Positions 47,814 through 55,406 of a DNA stretch of 64,000 bases are shown here, one piece after another. Under the pieces are notes generated by a model. That model was not told the DNA's origin. It made no database searches and saw nothing but the letters and a program-made list of their open reading frames with translations. This DNA is from Nitrospirota bacterium (lineage in GTDB: Bacteria > Nitrospirota > UBA9217). A program made the position numbers and the translations under genes. How positions within the stretch are numbered: the first letter of the stretch is position 1; each line of letters opens with the position of its first letter. The stretch is from contig OY760142.1 of NCBI GenBank assembly GCA_963663225.1, positions 1,120,001 through 1,184,000 of the forward strand, in the 5' to 3' direction.

Positions 47814-48476
47814 TCATGCGGTTCTTTTCTTTACTCTTATTGTGGTAAGGTGAATATGATTTCTGATCGCTTCTTCCGCCCTGTCGAGATCCCTTGCCGC
47901 AATTTTTTCGAAAATTTGTTTGTGTTCCTTTAGCGCAAGATTCAGCTCGCCTACTCGCGACAGTGCAATTCTCCTGAAATGTCGATCATAAGAATGAATG
48001 GCCTCTATTTGCTTGGACACATAATTATTTTTGGCAAAGGTCCTTATAAGCTTATGAAAATGTGCATTCAGATCTATTATTTTTTCAATATCCTGCCTTT
48101 TTGTATAAACTTCCATCTCTTTGATCACATCGCGCAATTGTTGAATCTCGTCATCGGTTATTTTAGTGGCTGCCAGGCGTGCAGCCACACCTTCGAGCGC
48201 GGCTCTGACCAGATTGATTTCTTCGAGGGAGTTCATAATATCATTCGAAACAAAGGTGCCTACTCGGGGTCTCGTAACAACCAGACCCTCCTGCTTCAGG
48301 AGCCCTATCGCCTCTTTCAGGGGTGTCGTGCTGATATTGAATTGACTGGCTATTTCCCGTTCAACCAAATGATCTCCGGGTTTATAACGCTCTGTTAATA
48401 TTGCTTCTTTTATTTTTTCATACACAACATCTCTTACAAGCCGAGTTTCTGAATCTATTTTTACTGAATAATTCAT
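47814..48476 (-). CDS. GntR family (FCD) transcriptional regulator
   Basis: PGDHLVE..IA....ISTTPLKEA; FCD N..FH...EH..I...H. Confidence 0.93.
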   Translation of the reverse strand: MNYSVKIDSETRLVRDVVYEKIKEAILTERYKPGDHLVEREIASQFNISTTPLKEAIGLLKQEGLVVTRPRVGTFVSNDIMNSLEEINLVRAALEGVAARLAATKITDDEIQQLRDVIKEMEVYTKRQDIEKIIDLNAHFHKLIRTFAKNNYVSKQIEAIHSYDRHFRRIALSRVGELNLALKEHKQIFEKIAARDLDRAEEAIRNHIHLTTIRVKKRTA

Positions 48477-48506
48477 TACTATACCGCCCTCACACTGATA
48501 TTTGAG

Positions 48507-48548
48507 ATCTGATATATCAGATTATAGCGAAACGTTCCTGCTTGTCAA
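48507..48548 (-). promoter_or_regulatory. Promoter with overlapping perfect palindromic operator
   Basis: TTGACA (48548-48543), 16 bp, TATAAT (48526-48521); ATCTGATATATCAGAT palindrome at 48507-48522. Confidence 0.75.
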
Positions 48549-48573
48549 CATCTTTTCGTAAATCAAATCCGGA

Positions 48574-49455
48574 TCATTTTATTATTTTCAGGTCTCTTAC
48601 GGGATTTATCAATGGTGCGAAGCCGTCGATCCGGCACTCCAACACATCGTTGTTGTTGATAGAAACGGCACGAGGGGTGCCGGTCAAGAGAACATCGCCC
48701 GGCAGCATCGTTGCAACATGAGAATGAAAGGAAACAAGGTATGACGGAGGAAAGGTCATGTTGGCAATTACATTTTGAGCATGGATTTTTCCATTCAGGA
48801 CCGTGGCCACGTTGATCTTTAAAATATCACCAATCTCGTCAGGAGTCACCAGAACTGGTCCAAAGCTTAAAAATGTATCGAAATTTTTTGATCTGGTGAG
48901 GTATCGCGGATTGATCCTGAGAATATCTTCCGCGGTCATATCAAGCACGGTAGTAAAACCGGCAACAACGCTCAACCAGTTTTTTTCTTCTACATCCTTG
49001 CACCGCTTGCCGTAAATAACCGCGAGTTCTGCTTCGCCGGTTGTTTTTTCTGACTGGAGCGGAATTTTAATGGCGTCGCCCGCTCCGACAATTGTGGTGT
49101 CAAATTTGTTAAAGCTGGCCGGCGCGGCCGTGGGTGCTTTTTCCGCTAAATCGCCAGCATGGTCCACATAGTTGAGGCCAATTCCCCAGATTTTGCGCGG
49201 ATACCGGTACAGCGGAGCAAAGCGAACTTTTTCCTTGGGTAAGGCGTCCGCTGCCATCGATGTTACACGGTCCTTGCCTTCGGCAGCGTACCACGATTTC
49301 ATGGCTTCCAGCTGGCCCGAACTGATGATTTCGAACAGATCAGTTGCCCAGTTCGTCCCGATTTTCGCATTGATAATGCTGATCGGAAACAGACCTGCCT
49401 CGGTACACAGTGCAGCGGTTTCGCTGTTATCAAGTTTGATTGTCGCCAACCTCAT
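48574..49455 (-). CDS. Fumarylacetoacetate hydrolase family protein
   Basis: KIWGIGLNYVDH, EAELAV, DMTAED, SKNFDTF, LPGDVLLTGTP. Confidence 0.92.
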   Translation of the reverse strand: MRLATIKLDNSETAALCTEAGLFPISIINAKIGTNWATDLFEIISSGQLEAMKSWYAAEGKDRVTSMAADALPKEKVRFAPLYRYPRKIWGIGLNYVDHAGDLAEKAPTAAPASFNKFDTTIVGAGDAIKIPLQSEKTTGEAELAVIYGKRCKDVEEKNWLSVVAGFTTVLDMTAEDILRINPRYLTRSKNFDTFLSFGPVLVTPDEIGDILKINVATVLNGKIHAQNVIANMTFPPSYLVSFHSHVATMLPGDVLLTGTPRAVSINNNDVLECRIDGFAPLINPVRDLKIIK

Positions 49456-49481
49456 TGAGACGCTCCCTGAACGTTTCTCCC

Positions 49482-50516
49482 TTACCGCGCGACTTTCTCG
49501 CGGTAGCCGTAGCCCTGCGAAACACTCCGCCCAATCCCCTGGATTTTTGCGGTGATGCAGCCTCTGCAGTGAGACGGGGTATCGCCGACGCAGATCTTGC
49601 CGGGATAGAGCGCATACATTCTGCGGTAATCTCCCTCGGTCACATTGGGCATAACAACGTTCGCGCCGCTCTGCAGCCCGATTATCCTGCCTTTTTCGTT
49701 CAGTGTTTCCATTGCCGTTGTGGCCGGAATGTTTATATCGGGCAGAAGCAGCCGCGTAATGGCCATAACTTTTATACTCAATTCAAAAGTTCCTCCGGCG
49801 GCATTTCCGAGCGGGGTGTCCGGGTTTGGAATAAAGGGGCCAACGCCGATCATGTCGGCTCCGATATTTCTGAAAAAAAGAATATCGTCGGCAAGCGACT
49901 CCAGTGTTTGCCCCGGCAATCCGACCAGGCAGCCGGTGCCAAGCTCATATCCAAGCTCCTTCAGGTCCCGCAGACATCGAACTCGATTTTCAAAGTGCAT
50001 GCCCGGGCTCATTGTTTCATACAGGTTCCTGTCGGTTGTCTCTATCCGCAAAAGATACCGGTCTGCGCCTGCATCCAGGTATGCCAGGTACTCTTCGCGC
50101 GTTTTTTCTCCGATGCTGAGCGTAATGGCGACATCAAGCGCCTTGATGGCTTTGATAATGCGCACCATCTCTTCGAGTGAATAGAATTCGCCTTCGCCAG
50201 CCTGCAGCACAACGGTTTTGTAGCCGTTGGACGCGGCTTTTACGGCAAAATCGATTATTGTATCGGGTTCAAGCCGATAGCGTTCAAGTCTGGCATTGTC
50301 CCGTCGCAATCCGCAATAGAGGCAGTTCTGGTCGCAGCAATTGGTGAACTCGATCAATCCTCGCAGATGAACTTCATCGCCGACATATTTTCTGCGCACT
50401 CTGTCCGCGGCAGCAAAAAGCTCCGCATCACGTTCCGGAGTTTGAAGCAACGCGACGATCTCCCGCCTTGTCAGGTCATGCGTTGTCTCGGCTTTTTTGA
50501 CGATGTCTGCTTGCAC
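49482..50516 (-). CDS. hydE: [FeFe]-hydrogenase maturase HydE
   Basis: LRGLIEFTN.C..NCLYCGLR, YLLRIETT, GPFIP, PATTA, GANVVMPN, YALYPGKIC. Confidence 0.95.
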   Translation of the reverse strand: MQADIVKKAETTHDLTRREIVALLQTPERDAELFAAADRVRRKYVGDEVHLRGLIEFTNCCDQNCLYCGLRRDNARLERYRLEPDTIIDFAVKAASNGYKTVVLQAGEGEFYSLEEMVRIIKAIKALDVAITLSIGEKTREEYLAYLDAGADRYLLRIETTDRNLYETMSPGMHFENRVRCLRDLKELGYELGTGCLVGLPGQTLESLADDILFFRNIGADMIGVGPFIPNPDTPLGNAAGGTFELSIKVMAITRLLLPDINIPATTAMETLNEKGRIIGLQSGANVVMPNVTEGDYRRMYALYPGKICVGDTPSHCRGCITAKIQGIGRSVSQGYGYREKVAR

Positions 50517-50520
50517 CTTT

Positions 50521-51765
50521 TTATTTCTCCTTCAAAGCCTTGCGCGCCGACTGAAAAACACTGAGGGCCGCGGGAAAAGGCTCCAGGGCCCGTTCAAAGA
50601 TGCCGAGGCTGTATGCTATGGCAAGGCCGTAATTGGTAATCGGCACCCCGGCTTCGCTGCAGCGTCGAATGCGGTTAATCATCTCGCGGCGGTTCATGGT
50701 GCAGGCGCCGCAATGGATTACCAGTTTGTAGGAAGGAAGGTCCTCCGGGAAATCGTGCCCTTGATAATGCACAAATTCAAGTTTGCCGCCGACATATTGG
50801 GTAAGCCAGCGGGGGATTTTTACCCTGCCGATGTCCTCGCCGATAGGATGGTGCGTGCACGCCTCGGCAATAAGCACTCTGTCTCCGGCCTTGAGCCGGT
50901 CCACTGCCATAGCGCCTTCCACTTGTTTTGTCAAATCCCCTTTATACCGCGCAAATAAAATCGAAAAACCGGTGAGAGGAATCTCGCGCGGGACATCGGC
51001 CGTCACCTTCAGAAAAGCCTGGGAATCGGTCACGACGAGCTTTGGCGGAGTCGTCAGCCGGGCAAGCGCGGTGCGCAACTCCCGTTCCTTCACCACCATG
51101 CAGAAGGCATCGCTGTCGAGAAGATCCCGTATCGCCTGGACCTGCGGCAAAATCAGTCGTCCCTTGGGTGCCTCCTTATCAATGGGAACGACGAGAACCG
51201 CCATTTCACCGGCGCCGACAAGATCACCGAGAATTGCCGGCGGCTGCAGACACTCTGCCGGGACCTTGGCGAGCATCGCCTGGCGCAGCGATTCAAGGCC
51301 AAAACCGGTCATCGCAGAAACGGCAACTGCTGCATTTCGATAGTGCTCGGGTACTGATGCCCGTTTTTCAGTGTTCTGGATCGTGTCGGATTTATTGACG
51401 GCAATGATGATCGGAACTCCCCGCCTCGAAAGTTCTTCCGCCAGCAGATTCTCATACTCGCTCCAGGCATCCGGCTCGGCGACAAGAACCGCAAGGTCTG
51501 TGCGGTCGAAAACCTGCCGCGTCTTTTTAATACGCAGTCCGCCGAGCGCCCCGACGTCATCAATGCCGGCCGTGTCAATAAACAGGACCGGGCCGAGAGG
51601 CTGAAGCTCCATCGGCTTTTCGACGGGGTCGGTGGTGGTCCCTGCAATATCGGACACAATCGAGACCTGCTGTCGCGTCAGCGCGTTCAGCAAACTCGAC
51701 TTGCCCACATTTCTGCGTCCGAAAATGCCGATATGAATACGCATTCCTTTTGAAGCGGTTTGCAT
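50521..51765 (-). CDS. hydF: [FeFe]-hydrogenase maturation GTPase HydF
   Basis: GRRNVGKSS, GTTTDPV, APKGRLILPQVQ, EACTHH...HCGAC. Confidence 0.96.
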   Translation of the reverse strand: MQTASKGMRIHIGIFGRRNVGKSSLLNALTRQQVSIVSDIAGTTTDPVEKPMELQPLGPVLFIDTAGIDDVGALGGLRIKKTRQVFDRTDLAVLVAEPDAWSEYENLLAEELSRRGVPIIIAVNKSDTIQNTEKRASVPEHYRNAAVAVSAMTGFGLESLRQAMLAKVPAECLQPPAILGDLVGAGEMAVLVVPIDKEAPKGRLILPQVQAIRDLLDSDAFCMVVKERELRTALARLTTPPKLVVTDSQAFLKVTADVPREIPLTGFSILFARYKGDLTKQVEGAMAVDRLKAGDRVLIAEACTHHPIGEDIGRVKIPRWLTQYVGGKLEFVHYQGHDFPEDLPSYKLVIHCGACTMNRREMINRIRRCSEAGVPITNYGLAIAYSLGIFERALEPFPAALSVFQSARKALKEK

Positions 51766-51786
51766 AAAACTCCCGTTTTTTCGAAT

Positions 51787-53193
51787 TTAATGCCCCAGCT
51801 TACACACGGCTTCGGGGCTTATTGCTGCATCAAACTCCGCTGCCGTCATCCAAGCATTGGCAAGAACGACTTCCCGGAGTGTTTTCCCGTCCGTCTGCGC
51901 TTGTTTCAGGGCTTCACACGCTTTTTCATAGCCGAGCAACGGCAGAAGTGCGGTTGCGGTTGCGGTGGACGTTTCAATATGGAGGGCACAGCGTTTTTCA
52001 TTTGCTTCAATCCCGTTAATACACAACTCCCGGAAAATCCGGCAACTCCGCGCCGATAGTTCAAGGCTCTCAAGCAGACAAACCGCAATAAGCGGCATAA
52101 AAGGATTAAGCTCCAGCGTGCCTGACGCGCATGCCATCGAAAGCGCCGCTTCATAGCCGTACACCATCATGGCCGCCTGCCCGACTGCCTCAGGGATGAC
52201 AGGGTTTACTTTGCCCGGCATAATGGAGGACCCTGCCTGGCGCGGCGGCAGCTTGATTTCGCCGATCCCTGCTTCTGGTCCGGAGGAGAGAAGCCGCATA
52301 TCATTGCTCACCTTCCAGAGCGAGGCAGCGAGCGCCTTGACCATTCCCATGACTTCTACGAAAACATCCGTGTTCTGGGTCGCTTCAACGAGATTTTCAG
52401 CCCTGGCAAAACCGATGCCGGTGAGTTCGCGCAGTTTATCAACGACACGGAAAATATATTCCCGTTCTGCCGCAAGCCCGGTCCCCACGGCAGTGCCGCC
52501 AAGATTCACAACCCGCAGACGCTCTTCACACTTGGAAAGCCGCCAGCGGTCTCGGTTAAACGCCTCTGCATATGCAGACATTTCTCTGCCCAGCGTGATA
52601 AGAACCGCGTCCTGCATCTCGGTGCGGCCCATTTTCACGATATGCGCCATTCGCTTTTCAGTATTCTGAAATGACTCCTGAAGTTTTACGACCTCTTCTT
52701 CAAGCCGGCGCGTTCCCCATATGGCTGCCAGGCGAAGTGCCGTCGGGTAGGTGTCGTTCGTGGATTGATTGCGATTCAGGTCCTCGACAGGGGAAACGAG
52801 GCTGTAGGTTCCCTGCGGCTTGCCAAGAAGTTCGAGCGCCCTGTTCGCCAGGACTTCATTGACATTCATGTTGGTGCTCGTCCCCGCGCCTCCCTGCAGC
52901 TGATCGACGGTAATGTGATGATTCAAGGCGCCTTCGGCCATTTCGCGGCACGCAGCAAGAATGGCATCGGCTTTTTCCGGAAGGCTGTTCCATGCACCCA
53001 GGTCTTGGTTCGTTGCAGCACAGGCCCACTTGACCATCCCGTATGCCCTGGCAAGGACGCCGGGAATGGGCCTTCCTGTTAGCGGAAAGTTTTCCAGAGC
53101 CCGGAGCGTGTGAATGCCATACAATGCTCCTTCGGGAATCTCCCGCTCTCCGAGAAAGTCATGTTCTTTTCGTTTTTTCGATACATCTGACAT
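51787..53193 (-). CDS. aspA: Aspartate ammonia-lyase
   Basis: YGIHTLRALENF, QGGAGTSTNMNVNEV, QSTNDTYPT, GGTAVGTG, GSSIMPGKVNPVIPE. Confidence 0.9.
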   Translation of the reverse strand: MSDVSKKRKEHDFLGEREIPEGALYGIHTLRALENFPLTGRPIPGVLARAYGMVKWACAATNQDLGAWNSLPEKADAILAACREMAEGALNHHITVDQLQGGAGTSTNMNVNEVLANRALELLGKPQGTYSLVSPVEDLNRNQSTNDTYPTALRLAAIWGTRRLEEEVVKLQESFQNTEKRMAHIVKMGRTEMQDAVLITLGREMSAYAEAFNRDRWRLSKCEERLRVVNLGGTAVGTGLAAEREYIFRVVDKLRELTGIGFARAENLVEATQNTDVFVEVMGMVKALAASLWKVSNDMRLLSSGPEAGIGEIKLPPRQAGSSIMPGKVNPVIPEAVGQAAMMVYGYEAALSMACASGTLELNPFMPLIAVCLLESLELSARSCRIFRELCINGIEANEKRCALHIETSTATATALLPLLGYEKACEALKQAQTDGKTLREVVLANAWMTAAEFDAAISPEAVCKLGH

Positions 53194-53271
53194 AGTGGTC
53201 ACCGGTCCCGGTTGAGGACTGCTGGTTGGCAAAAGCTTGCCTGCCCAGATGCGGGATCAGCCTTTTATTTT

Positions 53272-54681
53272 CTAAACGTAAACGTCGCGCTTGCCTTCTT
53301 TTACCTTATCGATAAGCTGTTTGGTAAGTTTTTTGTGGACGTCGTCCATGCCTGACTGCAGCGAATCGATGAGCTTTTTGCCGGCAGCAACCGTCTGGGG
53401 CGATGCATAATCGAGAAGATATTCCATAAAAGTGGAGAGGGCATTCGGATCGCAATGGTGCTTGATCTCTCCGGGTTTGGCAAGGTCCATGAAATCCTGG
53501 CCCGTGCGCCCCATCCGGTAACAGGCGGTACAGAAGCTGGGAATAAAACCCATCTCCGAAAGATCTCGCACCACTTCATCCAGGCTGCGGTGGTCGCCGA
53601 GAGAAAACTGCGCGTTTGAGTGGTCTTCCGACTCATATCCGCCCGGGTCCGTGCGGCTGCCTGCGGAAATCTGGCTGATGCCCAGCTGCAGGCATACCTG
53701 ACGAATTTCCGCCCGCTCGCGGGTGGAAAGGATCATCCCGGTGTAGGGCACGGCCAGCCTGATGATTGCTATGATTTTCTTAAAATCCGCATCACTGACC
53801 TCGTAAGGCGGCTTCATGGACAGATCGCTGCCGGCGGCGGGTTCAATGCGGGGCACGCTGATGGTATGAGGACCGCACCCAAAGCGGTCTTCCAGATGTT
53901 TCGCATGCTGCATAAGGGCCAGCACCTCAAAACGCCAGTCCGTCAGTCCAAAAAGCACTCCCAGTCCCACATCATCAATTCCGGCTGTCATGGCCCGGTC
54001 CATGCACCCCAGTCGCCATTCGAAACTTTTCTTTTTGCCTCCCCGGTGCACCTTCTCATAGGTCTGTTTGTGATAGGTTTCCTGGAAGGTAATATACGTA
54101 CCGATCTCAGCGGCTTTCAGGCGCCTGAAATCCTCCACGGAAAGAGGCGCAATTTCGACATTGATCCTCCTGATTTCGCCTGGACCTTCCTTGGTGTTGT
54201 AAACAGTTTTGATTGCATTCAAGACATAATCAAAGCCCTCCTCGGGATATGCTTCCCCGAGCAGCATAACAATGCGTTTCTGGCCGGTGCGGATCATGGC
54301 ACGGGTTTCGGCTGCAATCTCATCATAGGACAGGGTCCGGCGTACAAGACTCTTATTGGACGCCCGGAAGGCGCAGTAGAGGCATTCGTTGCGGCAGAGA
54401 TTCGAAATATACAACGGTGCAAAAAGAACGATCCGTTTGCCGTATATTTCCTCCTTGACTCGTTTGGCCGTATCGAAGAGTTGTTCAAGAAGCTCAGGTG
54501 ATTCGATCTGCATCAGCACCGCCACCTCATCCGGTGTAAGCCCGTTGAGCGTAAGTGCCCGGTCCAGGAGCTCTTTGACCCGGACCGGATCGGGCGCAGC
54601 CGTTCGCAACTGCGCTTCAATACCGGCGGCATCAAGCCAGGCGGTATCGCTTTCTTTTTTATGTTCGGTCGAAATAGTCAT
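53272..54681 (-). CDS. hydG: [FeFe]-hydrogenase maturase HydG
   Basis: FAPLYISNLCRNECLYC, FQETYH, GPHTISVPR, C-terminal CTAC-x22-C(DPNA). Confidence 0.96.
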   Translation of the reverse strand: MTISTEHKKESDTAWLDAAGIEAQLRTAAPDPVRVKELLDRALTLNGLTPDEVAVLMQIESPELLEQLFDTAKRVKEEIYGKRIVLFAPLYISNLCRNECLYCAFRASNKSLVRRTLSYDEIAAETRAMIRTGQKRIVMLLGEAYPEEGFDYVLNAIKTVYNTKEGPGEIRRINVEIAPLSVEDFRRLKAAEIGTYITFQETYHKQTYEKVHRGGKKKSFEWRLGCMDRAMTAGIDDVGLGVLFGLTDWRFEVLALMQHAKHLEDRFGCGPHTISVPRIEPAAGSDLSMKPPYEVSDADFKKIIAIIRLAVPYTGMILSTRERAEIRQVCLQLGISQISAGSRTDPGGYESEDHSNAQFSLGDHRSLDEVVRDLSEMGFIPSFCTACYRMGRTGQDFMDLAKPGEIKHHCDPNALSTFMEYLLDYASPQTVAAGKKLIDSLQSGMDDVHKKLTKQLIDKVKEGKRDVYV

Positions 54682-54859
54682 ACTTTAATTATACCTCTCA
54701 GTCTGATTCCTCATCAAGATTATACTGTCTGTCCAGCAGAGGAAGTTAGGCGAAAAACCATCCCGGAGATTTGTTAAAACCATCAGGAAGGCTGGGAAAA
54801 AGAATGGTTGTTTATATTGCAACGCGGCAGTACGGTTGATTAAACAGAAAAGATGTTCA

Positions 54860-55324
54860 TCACTGAACATGGGCTATTTTATCAAGTACTTTTTGCAAGC
54901 CTTCCGCCGAAAAAATCAGTGCTCTCCATTGTTCTCCGCCAAATGCTTCCGTCTGCCGATCTATCCACTGCAAAAATTTTGATGGCTCTCCGAATACTTC
55001 AATTCCCTTCAACATGGCGATCTTAATCCGTATTTTGTATATCGGTTTTGCTTCATCGGGAACTACGTTCTCAATTGTGGCCAGCTCCATATTCATCTTT
55101 TTACTGAAATCATCGCATTGGCTGTATTCCGGAGTTTCCACGAGCGTAGCGATGTGGTGTCCGAGATTTGCGTCATTATGCAGGCGAACGATATTTGCGA
55201 TATCCTGCATAATCTCAAGTTTTCTGCTGATAATATCCTTCATGCTCTTTTTCCCTATAGAAAACGGCTGAATATTCTGAATCTCCGGATCTTTATTATA
55301 CTGCTGCATTTCAATTTTAAGCAA
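54860..55324 (-). CDS. Hypothetical protein with C-terminal Xre/MbcA/ParS (DUF2384)-like antitoxin domain
   Basis: EVFGEPSKFLQWIDRQTEAFGGEQWRALIFSAEGLQKV resembles VFG..A..W......LGG..P..L..T..G...V. Confidence 0.55.
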   Translation of the reverse strand: MLKIEMQQYNKDPEIQNIQPFSIGKKSMKDIISRKLEIMQDIANIVRLHNDANLGHHIATLVETPEYSQCDDFSKKMNMELATIENVVPDEAKPIYKIRIKIAMLKGIEVFGEPSKFLQWIDRQTEAFGGEQWRALIFSAEGLQKVLDKIAHVQ

Positions 55325-55406
55325 GAGTTTTATTAATACTAAGTATACATGATAACCGGGGAAGGTGGGATATGATCTGCATCATACGATCAGGTGTGAA
55401 TGAACA

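Noticed and set aside
53272-54681. ThiH instead of HydG
   Set aside because: C-terminal CxxC-x22-C motif and adjacent hydF/hydE identify HydG
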